DNA from: Candidatus Doudnabacteria bacterium
Lineage (GTDB): Bacteria > Patescibacteriota > Doudnabacteria > UBA920
Direction: 5' to 3'
Assembly (NCBI GenBank): GCA_023245955.1
Contig: JAHFJI010000002.1
Coordinates: 1 to 51,429 of the forward strand
Length of the DNA: 51,429 nucleotides
In this document: piece after piece, positions 28,112-37,602 of the stretch
Position numbering within the stretch: position 1 is the stretch's first letter
Layout of the letters: every line of letters begins with the position of its first letter
Translations under genes and position numbers: made by a program
Notes under the pieces: generated by a model
The model's input: only the letters and a program-made list of their open reading frames with translations
Database searches by the model: none
Told to the model about the DNA's origin: nothing

Positions 28112-29371
28112 ATGGAAAACACAAAGCCGCTAGCAGCAAAACTCAGACCGCAAACGTTAGAGAAGTACATAGGACAGGAACACCTTGTTGGTCCGGGTAA
28201 GCCCTTGAGAGTGGCCATAGAACAAAAGCATTTGTTTAGTTTTATTTTATGGGGACCACCGGGAGTAGGGAAGACTACACTTGCAAGAATTTATGCGCAG
28301 GCTTTAGGGGTAGACTTTTACGAGCTGTCCGCTGTTAGTGCAGGAAAAGAGGATATTCGTAAAATTATAAGCAGTAGTGTCATGCCGGGCTCCGACCCGG
28401 CATCCAGAACCACCGATAACCTGGATTCCGGCTCGCGCAAAACCTTGGCCGGAATGACAGAGAGGGGCAAGATTCTTTTTCTAGATGAGATACACCGGTT
28501 CAACAAAGCCCAGCAGGACTTTCTGTTGCCTTATGTGGAGAGTGGAGCACTGACGCTTATTGGCGCTACTACCGAGAATCCGAGTTTTGAAGTTATACCC
28601 GCACTGCTTTCTCGCTGCCGGGTCTTTACGCTCAAAGAGCTCACCACCGACCAAATGCGCGAAGTTATTACTCACACTCTCGCCGTCATTGCTAGGAGCA
28701 AGTCTTCGAACGACGTGGCAATCTCACCTGAGGCCGTAGACTGGTTAGTAGGCATGGCAAACGGCGACGCCCGCCAAGCCATTACCATGCTAGACAATAC
28801 TTTTAAGCTCTACGGCAAAATTACCCTAGAAACCTTAAAAGAAACCCTGCAGTCCAAAGCCATCCGGTACGACAAGGCGGGGGAGGAGCATTACAATACC
28901 ATTTCTGCATTCATAAAGAGCATGCGTGCAAGCCAAGCAGACGCAGCCATGTACTACCTAGCTCGCATGGTAGAAGCAGGGGAAGACCCGTTGTTTATTG
29001 CCCGTCGCATGGTTATATTTGCAAGCGAAGACATAGGCTTAGCCCAGCCCACAGCGCTAGTCGTAGCTAACGCGGTATTTCAAGCCTGCCAAAGCATTGG
29101 CTATCCCGAATGCGCCATTAACCTCGCTCATGGCGTTGCCTACTTAGCACAGTGTAAAAAAGATAGATCTGCCTACGATGCCCTTCGCGCCGTCCAAGTA
29201 GATGTTCGGACCCATGGTAATCTGCCAATTCCCATGAGCATACGAAATGCACCCACTAAACTCATGAAAGATATTGGTTACGGCAAAGGATACGAAATGT
29301 ACACAGACGAAACCTACCTGCCAGAAGAACTGAAAAATAAGAAGTATTTTAATAGCAGTCAAAACCCATAA
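28112..29371 (+). CDS. rarA: Replication-associated recombination protein A (MgsA/RarA) with two in-frame palindrome insertions
   Basis: PLAAKLRP, GPPGVGKTT, DEIHRFNKAQQD, GATTENP and SAFIKSMR. Confidence 0.95.
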   Translation: MENTKPLAAKLRPQTLEKYIGQEHLVGPGKPLRVAIEQKHLFSFILWGPPGVGKTTLARIYAQALGVDFYELSAVSAGKEDIRKIISSSVMPGSDPASRTTDNLDSGSRKTLAGMTERGKILFLDEIHRFNKAQQDFLLPYVESGALTLIGATTENPSFEVIPALLSRCRVFTLKELTTDQMREVITHTLAVIARSKSSNDVAISPEAVDWLVGMANGDARQAITMLDNTFKLYGKITLETLKETLQSKAIRYDKAGEEHYNTISAFIKSMRASQADAAMYYLARMVEAGEDPLFIARRMVIFASEDIGLAQPTALVVANAVFQACQSIGYPECAINLAHGVAYLAQCKKDRSAYDALRAVQVDVRTHGNLPIPMSIRNAPTKLMKDIGYGKGYEMYTDETYLPEELKNKKYFNSSQNP

Positions 29372-29492
29372 ACACCTACTAGACAAAGAAGGTAAATCGG
29401 TGTATATCTAGGGCAGTGTTGGGGTGTCCAACACTCACTTTCTTGGCCAGGCTAAAGTGTCTGGTTGTGTCAGAAAGAGGAGGAATTGAACA

Positions 29493-29618
29493 ATGCAAGG
29501 ATTATTCCCAGAGAACCAGAAACCAGAAGAAAAAACAACCTCAATTTGGACGTACGCTTTGGGGTTAGCCGGATTAGTGGCTGTATGTGCAATAGCCTAC
29601 TACTTTTGGCCACTCTGA
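29493..29618 (+). CDS. 41-aa C-terminally anchored small membrane protein
   Basis: MQGLFPENQKPEEKTTSIWTYALGLAGLVAVCAIAYYFWPL, preceded by AGGAGG. Confidence 0.5.
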   Translation: MQGLFPENQKPEEKTTSIWTYALGLAGLVAVCAIAYYFWPL

Positions 29619-29789
29619 GCATTCAATTTCACGTTAGGCGCGTGGCAGTATATCAGTTATATGATTACAGCTACGCGCCGTTCATTATTTTAAAAACTGG
29701 ATTCCGGCTCGGGGGCCGGAATGACAAGATTAAAGATTACATATCTAATATTTTTACAGGTTTTAGTCTTATTTATAAGCAAAACGTGA

Positions 29790-29900
29790 TTGACGGGAGG
29801 GGGTCTTGCGTGGTAAAATATTGTTAATTAATTTGTGGGACCCTGAGCGTAGCCTGAGGGGATTGCACCACGTCCGCCAAAGGCGGATCACCCAAAGGGT
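29790..29900 (+). promoter_or_regulatory. rplA promoter and candidate L1-binding leader
   Basis: TTGACG-18-TAAAAT, then GTGGGA...ACCAC (29834-29871) enclosing a stem. Confidence 0.5.
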
Positions 29901-29914
29901 GAAAAGTACAATAT

Positions 29915-30595
29915 ATGAAACAGTCCAAGAGAGTAAGTGCAAACAATGCACAAGTAGATAGCTCTAGAGCCTATAGTTTGGAAGAGGCAATTGCTCTAGC
30001 CAAGACTACAGCCAATACCAAGTTTGTAGGTTCTCTGGAAATGCACATTCGCACGAACATAGATGCTAAGAAAACTGATCAGGCCATTCGTGGTTCTGCC
30101 ACCCTACCACACGGTACCGGAAAGCAGAAGCGCATTGCTGCCTTTGTAACAGACGCCAAAGTAGCAGAAGCCAAGGATGCCGGTGCAACCCTAGTGGGTG
30201 GTGAAGAACTTATTAAGCAAATCAAGGAAACTGAGAAAACAGACTTTGACATTGCCGTAGCAGAACCGGCTCTCATGCCTAAGCTTGCTCAGGTTGCCAA
30301 AATCTTGGGTACTCGTGGCCTCATGCCAAACCCAAAAACCGGTACAGTATCAGAGAATATTGCTAGCATGATAAAAGAAATTTCTGGCGGTCGCGTGACT
30401 TTTAAGAATGATGACTCGGGTATTATCCACCAAATATTTGGCAAGACAAGCTTTGAACTAGCTCAGTTGTTAGAGAACGCGCAAACTTTTATGTCTGCAG
30501 TACAGGCCGCTAAAGCTTCTGCGTTTAAAGGCACATACCTGGCTTCCATAACCATAAACTCTTCTATGGGCCCAGGCATTAGAGTAAAAATTTAA
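29915..30595 (+). CDS. rplA: 50S ribosomal protein L1
   Basis: LPHGTGK, LGTRGLMPNPKTGTV and SSMGPGI. Confidence 0.97.
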   Translation: MKQSKRVSANNAQVDSSRAYSLEEAIALAKTTANTKFVGSLEMHIRTNIDAKKTDQAIRGSATLPHGTGKQKRIAAFVTDAKVAEAKDAGATLVGGEELIKQIKETEKTDFDIAVAEPALMPKLAQVAKILGTRGLMPNPKTGTVSENIASMIKEISGGRVTFKNDDSGIIHQIFGKTSFELAQLLENAQTFMSAVQAAKASAFKGTYLASITINSSMGPGIRVKI

Positions 30596-30608
30596 ATTTA
30601 TTTTTTCT

Positions 30609-30633
30609 GCCCCCGCATTTTGCGGGGGCTTTT
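30609..30633 (+). terminator. Intrinsic terminator after rplA
   Basis: GCCCCCGCA-TTT-TGCGGGGGCTTT. Confidence 0.7.
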
Positions 30634-30655
30634 GTATAATAGCAATCTCCGCCTT

Positions 30656-30789
30656 GTCATCCCGGAATTTTTAGCTTGGGAAAAATATCCGGGATCCAGA
30701 TTTTAAAAGACTAGATTCCAGATAATTGCCTGAGAACTGGTAATTTCTCTTCGAGTCCGAGCTACTTCAGAGTCGAGGACCGAAATGAC
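30656..30789. repeat. Family B palindromic element
   Basis: GTCATCCCGG...CCGGGATCCAG...CTAGATTCC...GAAATGAC. Confidence 0.65.
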
Positions 30790-30835
30790 AGAGTGGGTTA
30801 AATATGTTAGCATTATATATAATAATCTCTTATTT

Positions 30836-31387
30836 ATGAGCTTAATTATAGGGTTAATAGGCCAAAAACTAAGTGGCAAAGACACGGTTGCCAACTACTT
30901 GGTAAACAGGTACGGCGCTGTATCTATCGCATCAAGCCAATTATTAGACGAGACACTACAAGTACTAGGATTACCAAAAAGCAGAGAGAACGAAACCAGC
31001 CTTGCAGTCGCTCTCAGAACTGCCTTCGGAGAAAACATACTTAACTCAGCTAACTTAAACAGACTAAGAAATATCAACCCGAAGATTGGTTTGGTTAATG
31101 GTATCAGACGTCCACAAGAGCTTATCCAGTCCAAGCAAGAGCACGTCCGAACTATCTATATCTCTGCTCCGGCGGAGGCTAGGTACGAGCGTTATAAATT
31201 TAGACAAGAAAAAAAAGATGATGGAGTATTAAGCTTTGAAGATTTTTTACGTCAAGATACAGAATCACCAACAGAAAAAGATATAGTAACAATAGGGGAA
31301 CAAGCAGAGTTTATGATAAATAATGCTTCCGACCTACAGACTCTCTACACAGAAATAGACCGCATCATTGAACAATTACTCGCATAA
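30836..31387 (+). CDS. P-loop kinase, dephospho-CoA kinase/NMP-kinase-like
   Basis: IIGLIGQKLSGKDT, NGIRR and INNAS motifs; ATG 30836 preferred. Confidence 0.75.
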   Translation: MSLIIGLIGQKLSGKDTVANYLVNRYGAVSIASSQLLDETLQVLGLPKSRENETSLAVALRTAFGENILNSANLNRLRNINPKIGLVNGIRRPQELIQSKQEHVRTIYISAPAEARYERYKFRQEKKDDGVLSFEDFLRQDTESPTEKDIVTIGEQAEFMINNASDLQTLYTEIDRIIEQLLA

Positions 31388-31391
31388 AACT

Positions 31392-32072
31392 ATGTCTTGG
31401 TTTAAAACTACAAATAACTCCGCTAGTAAGCAAGGAGTAATTATAGCTCTAGAAAGTATTTCTGGAGATGTACTCACCACCCAACTAAATGAGTTAGAAG
31501 CAGAATTAGTTGCTACGGGTCTAACCGTAAAGCACATGGAGTTTCCAAGCCCACGTTCCAAGCTCCACATACCAGCAGTATTTGAAACACCTGGGCTATT
31601 AGAAGCACCAGAAGCTATTGCTATTACTTCTTGCTTAGACAGAATAGTTGGCCTTGCAAGTACTATAAAAACTCAGCTAGAATCGGAAGTTATTTTACTA
31701 ACTGGTAGCCCTCTCTCCACAGCTGCTTGGCTAGCCACACTAGTCCCTGAGTACACTGAACGCATTATGCTTTATAAATGGCTAGATGAACTAGAGCATA
31801 AAGTGTTTGCACAAAAAAGAATAGATCTTACCATATTACTAGATCACGACCCTAAATATATAGACTTAGCCGACGCCGTCATTCCACCTGCGGGCTGGGA
31901 AAATAGACCGGCTCCAGAGATTGAACTCCTAAGGAGGTCTTACTTAGAAGCTGGCAAGCTTTTGCCAAATACCAAGATTATTGGCTGTGAGAAATCTGGT
32001 CTGCTAAAACCAGATACAGATGTGCATAATGAGATATGGAATCTAGTCAGGCGCATTGCCCTAAAGAAATAA
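31392..32072 (+). CDS. Degenerate thymidylate-kinase-like protein
   Basis: IIALESISGDVLTTQ aligns with the Tmk P-loop but lacks GK; EFP, LDR and DLTILLD are Tmk-like. Confidence 0.6.
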   Translation: MSWFKTTNNSASKQGVIIALESISGDVLTTQLNELEAELVATGLTVKHMEFPSPRSKLHIPAVFETPGLLEAPEAIAITSCLDRIVGLASTIKTQLESEVILLTGSPLSTAAWLATLVPEYTERIMLYKWLDELEHKVFAQKRIDLTILLDHDPKYIDLADAVIPPAGWENRPAPEIELLRRSYLEAGKLLPNTKIIGCEKSGLLKPDTDVHNEIWNLVRRIALKK

Positions 32073-32085
32073 TTTAGCTATTACC

Positions 32086-33192
32086 ATGGAAAGCATAAGC
32101 ATAAAACAAAAGCTAATAGAGCTAAGAGATAAGCTAGGCAATATCTTACCGCTCATAAAAATACCAGATAAGAAGCAAGAGCTGGTAACTCTAGAAACAC
32201 GTATGCAAGAAGCGAACTTCTGGCAAAATGTGGAAACCGCGCAGGCAGTCTCGCAACGTCATGCGATAGTTTCTAGCCTGGTCGCATTTTGGGAAGGCTT
32301 TGACTCAGAACTAGCAGAACTGGAAAAGCTAGTAGAATCCAATACAGATGAGGGTACCGAGACGCTAGAATTCTTAAACTCACAAGCGGAAAAACTCGAA
32401 AAAGAGTTTGCAGAACATAAATCCAGCGCACTATTTTCTGATGACTACGATGACCACTCCGCAGTATTAGCCATACATGCTGGTGCAGGCGGTACCGATG
32501 CGCAGGACTGGGCAGAAATGCTACTGCGTATGTACTTACGCTATGCGGAGAACAAAGGTTTTAAGGTAGATATTATTGAGAAACACAACGGAAGCGAAGC
32601 CGGGATAAAATCTGCACTACTAGAAGTGTCCGCACCATTTGCCTTTGGTCACTTAAAAAGCGAAGCTGGAGTTCACAGATTAGTAAGGCTCAGTCCCTAC
32701 AACCCAAGTCATACCCGCGAAACTAGTTTTGCTCTAGTAGAAGTATTACCAGAACTAGCAGAAGCAGAAACAATTGAGCTGGATCCTAAAGACTTAGATA
32801 TAGAGGCTAAAACAGCCTCCGGACACGGAGGCCAAAGCGTAAATACTACATACTCCGCTATACGCATTACCCACATCCCAACAGGACTTAAAGTAAGTAT
32901 ACAAAATGAACGTAGCCAACACCAAAATAAAGCCCTGGCTATGAAAATCTTGTCTGCCAAGGTACAAGCCCAAGCGGAGGAAAGAAAGCTAGAGGAAAAG
33001 AAAAACTTAAGAGGGGAGTTTAAGTCAGCAGAATGGGGTAACCAGATTCGTAGTTACGTGTTGCATCCTTATAAGTTGGTAAAAGACCACAGGACGGGTT
33101 GTGAATCCACCGATCCGGAATCGGTACTAGATGGCAAACTAGACGAGTTTGTAGAGAAATATTTGGAAAAGAATATCAATTTAATAATTTAA
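32086..33192 (+). CDS. prfB: Peptide chain release factor 2
   Basis: GAGGTDAQDWAEML, GVHRLVRLSPY, GGQ and WGNQIRSY. Confidence 0.96.
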   Translation: MESISIKQKLIELRDKLGNILPLIKIPDKKQELVTLETRMQEANFWQNVETAQAVSQRHAIVSSLVAFWEGFDSELAELEKLVESNTDEGTETLEFLNSQAEKLEKEFAEHKSSALFSDDYDDHSAVLAIHAGAGGTDAQDWAEMLLRMYLRYAENKGFKVDIIEKHNGSEAGIKSALLEVSAPFAFGHLKSEAGVHRLVRLSPYNPSHTRETSFALVEVLPELAEAETIELDPKDLDIEAKTASGHGGQSVNTTYSAIRITHIPTGLKVSIQNERSQHQNKALAMKILSAKVQAQAEERKLEEKKNLRGEFKSAEWGNQIRSYVLHPYKLVKDHRTGCESTDPESVLDGKLDEFVEKYLEKNINLII

Positions 33193-33282
33193 CAATGTAG
33201 CGATTAAACATAAATACGTATTTTGTGTTAAATTGCTTACCTGTTTAATTGTTAAATTGATAACATGTTATACTAACTGGGT

Positions 33283-33960
33283 ATGATAAGATTTGAAAAT
33301 GTAATTAAATATTTTGGTAATACCAAGGCACTCTCGGCCATAGATTTAGAAATAAAGCATGGGGAGTTTATTTCTATTGTGGGACTGTCTGGAGCAGGTA
33401 AGTCTACGTTACTTAAGCTGGTTACAGGCGAAGAGCGGGCAGATGAAGGTCGTGTGCTTATTGATGATATAGACATCGCCAAAGTCAAAGTAAGCGACCT
33501 GCCTTACCTCCGCCGAAAGATTGGCATGGTATTTCAGGATATAAAACTTTTACCCAAACGTACCGCATTTGAAAACGTTGCTTTTGCTATGGAAGTAAGT
33601 GGCCACAAGCGTGATAGAATAGAAAAAGAAGTACCAAAGATATTGGAGCTGGTTGGACTACTCCATAAAAAACACAATTTCCCCAACGAGATGTCCGGAG
33701 GTGAAAGACAGCGCATAGCCATAGCCAGGAGCCTAGCCCACAGGCCAGCACTACTCATGGCAGATGAGCCAACTGGTAACTTAGACGAGGTAAATGCCGC
33801 TGAGGTACTAGATCTGCTCCTCAAGATAAACAAGCTTGGTACCACAGTTATACTAGCCACTCATGCCTCTGACCTGGTAAACAAAATAAAGAAACGTGTT
33901 ATCACCATAGAAGGTGGCAGGGTGGTACTAGAGCAGGAGAGAGGAAGATATAAACTTTAA
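33283..33960 (+). CDS. ftsE: Cell division ATP-binding protein FtsE
   Basis: GLSGAGKST, LPYLRRKIGMVFQD and ADEPTGNLD; upstream of ftsX. Confidence 0.93.
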   Translation: MIRFENVIKYFGNTKALSAIDLEIKHGEFISIVGLSGAGKSTLLKLVTGEERADEGRVLIDDIDIAKVKVSDLPYLRRKIGMVFQDIKLLPKRTAFENVAFAMEVSGHKRDRIEKEVPKILELVGLLHKKHNFPNEMSGGERQRIAIARSLAHRPALLMADEPTGNLDEVNAAEVLDLLLKINKLGTTVILATHASDLVNKIKKRVITIEGGRVVLEQERGRYKL

Positions 33961-34048
33961 ATAATTTCAAATTGTAGATTGCAAATTGAAAATTGAAAGC
34001 CCAAGACCGTTAGTATTTAAATCTGCAATCTAAAATCTACAATTTTCT

Positions 34049-34975
34049 ATGTTTGATTCACTGACCATATTTAGAATAGTTAAGACTGGATTCGTCAATT
34101 ATTGGCGAAATATTTGGCTTTCGGCGGCCGCCACCATGGTTATGACTATAACCTTAGTTATTTTTAGTATTCTCGCTATAGTCTTTGGCATAACTCAATT
34201 TTCTATTAACCAGGTCACTGATAGAGTAGATGTAAGTGTATACTTTAAGCCTGGTACAGCTGAAGGAGTTATAGAACAGTTCGCAAGTGATCTAAAAAAG
34301 AAACCGGAGGTCTCGGCCGTTACCTATACTTCAGCCGAAGATGCCCTGGCTGCCTTTAAAGCCACGCATGCTCAAGATCAACTCATTTTAGACTCACTTG
34401 ATGAACTTTCAGATAACCCGTTGCCTGCAACCGTCCAAGTAAAAGCCGATAAAATAGAGGACTATCCGCATATCGCCGAAGGCATCCAAAATGGTGGATA
34501 CAAAGAGCATATTAGCAAAGTAAATTTTGAAGATAACCGCCTGCTCATAGAGCGATTTGGCAAAGCCTCCAAACTTATAGTGGTCGGTGGCTCAGTCTTA
34601 GTAGCTATTTTCTCCATTATCGCCATACTGGTTATATTTAATACCATTACGCTTACCATATATAATCGCAAAGAAGAAGTAGAAATTATGCGGCTTGTAG
34701 GTGCGACCAACTGGTATATTCGCGGACCTTTTATAATAGAGTCCCTACTCTACTCCGTAGTAGCCACCATAATTACCTCAGCTTTAGTGCTAGCGCTAGT
34801 ATCCAAACTCCAGAGTTCTTCTCTAAGTTATATAAGCGGGACTGGAGAGGGAAACCTACCATTATTTTATCCCTATGGGCAGTGGACATACACGATACCA
34901 GCACTACTCCTAATAGCTATACTCCTAAGCGTGGCATCTAGTATGCTGGCTATACGTAAATATCTAAAGATTTAA
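34049..34975 (+). CDS. ftsX: Cell division permease FtsX
   Basis: NPLP and [19 protein letters not shown] motifs; four TMs. Confidence 0.93.
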   Translation: MFDSLTIFRIVKTGFVNYWRNIWLSAAATMVMTITLVIFSILAIVFGITQFSINQVTDRVDVSVYFKPGTAEGVIEQFASDLKKKPEVSAVTYTSAEDALAAFKATHAQDQLILDSLDELSDNPLPATVQVKADKIEDYPHIAEGIQNGGYKEHISKVNFEDNRLLIERFGKASKLIVVGGSVLVAIFSIIAILVIFNTITLTIYNRKEEVEIMRLVGATNWYIRGPFIIESLLYSVVATIITSALVLALVSKLQSSSLSYISGTGEGNLPLFYPYGQWTYTIPALLLIAILLSVASSMLAIRKYLKI

Positions 34976-34979
34976 CCAC

Positions 34980-35426
34980 ATGAAAGTTTTATTTATTAAA
35001 GACCTCGCCGGTCAAGGCAGAAAAGGGGAGTTAAAGGAAGTAGCCGACGGTTACGGTCTAAATTTTCTTGTCAAACAAGGATTCGCTGTGGTCGCAACTA
35101 GTAACGTACAACTTCACAAAGCGCACTCCGAAGAAGCTCTGAAAAAAGAAACAGAAAAAACTAAAAAACAAGCTTTAGTAATGAAAACAGAATTAGAAAA
35201 ACGCACATTCACTATAAAAAGCAAAATTGGCAATTCAGGCAAGCTTTTTGGCGCCATTAGAGAAAAAGATATAGCCGAAGTAATTCTTGATACATGCGCC
35301 TACTCAATAAACCCAAAATTCATCCATATTTCAGAGCCAATTAAAACCACTGGACCACACACAGCATCTGCTATATTACCAGCCAATATAACTACCACTA
35401 TTCATCTTCAAATTGAAGCAGCGTAA
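34980..35426 (+). CDS. rplI: 50S ribosomal protein L9
   Basis: MKVLFIKD...[10 protein letters not shown] and GKLFGAI. Confidence 0.95.
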   Translation: MKVLFIKDLAGQGRKGELKEVADGYGLNFLVKQGFAVVATSNVQLHKAHSEEALKKETEKTKKQALVMKTELEKRTFTIKSKIGNSGKLFGAIREKDIAEVILDTCAYSINPKFIHISEPIKTTGPHTASAILPANITTTIHLQIEAA

Positions 35427-35465
35427 CCCGCTGCTTTGTCTTTTATTCAATAAACCTCATTTCTC

Positions 35466-37166
35466 ATGTCTTACCACGTACATGCCCGTAAGGCCAAAAA
35501 GTTAAACACCAAGTTTATATTTATTTCTGGAGGAGTTATATCCAGTGTTGGAAAGGGGATTACTGCATCCTCTCTTGCCACTTTACTCCAAGCCCGTGGA
35601 TATGTGGTCGCTCCAGTCAAATGCGATATGTACTTAAATGTAGATGCCGGAACCATACGACCACAAGAGCACGGCGAAGTATTTGTAATGGATGGTGGCA
35701 TGGAAACAGACCAAGACCTTGGAAATTACGAACGTTTTCTAGACGAAAGCTTGCCAGACATTAACTACGTGACCAATGGTCAAATTTATCAAAATATAAT
35801 CCAAAAAGAACGGAACTTTGAATTTGAGGGTGAGGACGTGGAAATTGTGCCACACGTGCCAGAGGAGATAATAGACAGGTTAGAAAAAGCAGCACAGGCA
35901 AGGAAAGCAGACTTTGTTATATGTGAAATTGGTGGAACTGTTGGGGAATATCAAAATATCTTGTTTATAGAAGCTAATCGTATTATGAAGTATCGTGACA
36001 ATCGGGAAACCCTTCACATCCATGTTGGATATTTGCCTACGCCACCATCTGTTGGAGAAATGAAGTCTAAACCAGTGCAAACATCTGTACGTCTATTAAA
36101 TGGTAGTGGTATACAGCCAGACTTTTTAGTCTGCCGTTCAGAAGGAGAAATGGATGATAGACGAAAGGCACTACTGGCCTGGATATGCAACATGCCGGCT
36201 ACTAATATAATTTCTGCTCCCAATGTAAACTCCATATACAGTGTTCCATTGTTATTTGATAAACAAAAACTACCAGAAAAGATTTTAGCTAAGTTCGGCC
36301 TCAAATCAAAGAAGAACGATATTACCAAGTGGAAAACTTTAGCTCATCGTATAGAGTCTATCCAAAAACAACCCACCGAAATGCGTATCGCAGTTGTAGG
36401 AAAATACTTCGAAACTGGCGCTTTTAAATTGGCTGATGTATACGTTTCTGTGGTAGAAGCCATCAAGCACGCTGCCATTAAAAGCAACGTAAAAATACAC
36501 CTGGAGTGGATATCTAGTTTGGAAGTAGAAAAACAAGGCACAGCTAAAGTACTAAAAGGTTACAGTGGTATTGTAGTTCCTGGTGGATTCGGTAGTAGGG
36601 GAACAGAGGGGATGATTGCCACCATACAGTACGCTAGAACAAAAGGCATACCTTATCTTGGATTGTGTTATGGTATGCAGATGGCCACCATTGAGTTTGC
36701 CAGACACGTGGCACGCCTTAAAGACGCCAACACCACAGAGATAGACACAGGTGTAAAGCATCCGGTTATCCATATTATGCCAGAACAGGAAAAGAAACTT
36801 CTAAAGCGAGAATATGGAGCTTCTATGCGACTAGGTGCTTGGGATTGTCAGATAATAAGGGGAACTAAAACCGAGAAAGCCTACCTAAAAGCTGGTTGGC
36901 TTAAGAAAGCAGGTAGAGCAACCATCTCCGAACGTCATAGACATAGATATGAATTTAATAACGACTATAGACAAAAACTAGAAAGTGCCGGTTTGATAAT
37001 AGCCGGAACGTCTCCAGATGGACGACTAGTAGAAATTGTGGAACTTCCTAACCACCCGTTCTTTGTTGGTACCCAGTTCCATCCAGAATTTAAATCTAGA
37101 CCCTTTAATCCTCATCCACTCTTCATTGAGTTTATCCAGACAGCTACAAGAACCCGCAAACGCTAA
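35466..37166 (+). CDS. pyrG: CTP synthase
   Basis: GGVISSVGKG, HGEVFV, GLCYGMQ, ERHRHRYE and QFHPE. Confidence 0.98.
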   Translation: MSYHVHARKAKKLNTKFIFISGGVISSVGKGITASSLATLLQARGYVVAPVKCDMYLNVDAGTIRPQEHGEVFVMDGGMETDQDLGNYERFLDESLPDINYVTNGQIYQNIIQKERNFEFEGEDVEIVPHVPEEIIDRLEKAAQARKADFVICEIGGTVGEYQNILFIEANRIMKYRDNRETLHIHVGYLPTPPSVGEMKSKPVQTSVRLLNGSGIQPDFLVCRSEGEMDDRRKALLAWICNMPATNIISAPNVNSIYSVPLLFDKQKLPEKILAKFGLKSKKNDITKWKTLAHRIESIQKQPTEMRIAVVGKYFETGAFKLADVYVSVVEAIKHAAIKSNVKIHLEWISSLEVEKQGTAKVLKGYSGIVVPGGFGSRGTEGMIATIQYARTKGIPYLGLCYGMQMATIEFARHVARLKDANTTEIDTGVKHPVIHIMPEQEKKLLKREYGASMRLGAWDCQIIRGTKTEKAYLKAGWLKKAGRATISERHRHRYEFNNDYRQKLESAGLIIAGTSPDGRLVEIVELPNHPFFVGTQFHPEFKSRPFNPHPLFIEFIQTATRTRKR

Positions 37167-37173
37167 TCCATAT

Positions 37174-37206
37174 AAAAACACCTCTGCAACTAACAGAGGT
37201 GTTTTT
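37174..37206. terminator. Bidirectional terminator between pyrG and rpmA
   Basis: AAAAACACCTCTG-CAACTAA-CAGAGGTGTTTTT. Confidence 0.8.
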
Positions 37207-37216
37207 ATATAGGTGA

Positions 37217-37507
37217 TTATTTTGTGGTAACAACAGGTTCAACGCTTATAAAGCGAGTCTTGCGAAGTCCACCATGGAACTTCTTAACTATCTTCTCTTT
37301 AAACTTTACGACACCGTCTATGAGCGCGTAGATGGTGGAGTCTCCACCAACCTGAGCGTTTTCTCCTGCGTGAAAAGGAGTCCCGTGTTGGCGAGCAATA
37401 ATCTCACCTTTCTTTACTCTCTGATTACCAAAAATTTTAATACCAAGCCTTTTAGAAACGGAATCTCGTCCAAGGGCGGTACTACCACCAGCTTTTTTAT
37501 GTGCCAT
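37217..37507 (-). CDS. rpmA: 50S ribosomal protein L27
   Basis: [19 protein letters not shown]. Confidence 0.97.
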   Translation of the reverse strand: MAHKKAGGSTALGRDSVSKRLGIKIFGNQRVKKGEIIARQHGTPFHAGENAQVGGDSTIYALIDGVVKFKEKIVKKFHGGLRKTRFISVEPVVTTK

Positions 37508-37602
37508 AAATACGAATGTGTACGATGCGAATCTGCGAATGGCACGAATCTACAAATATATTACGAAACTAAATTCGTCTTAATTCGTTGATTCGGATCG
37601 TG

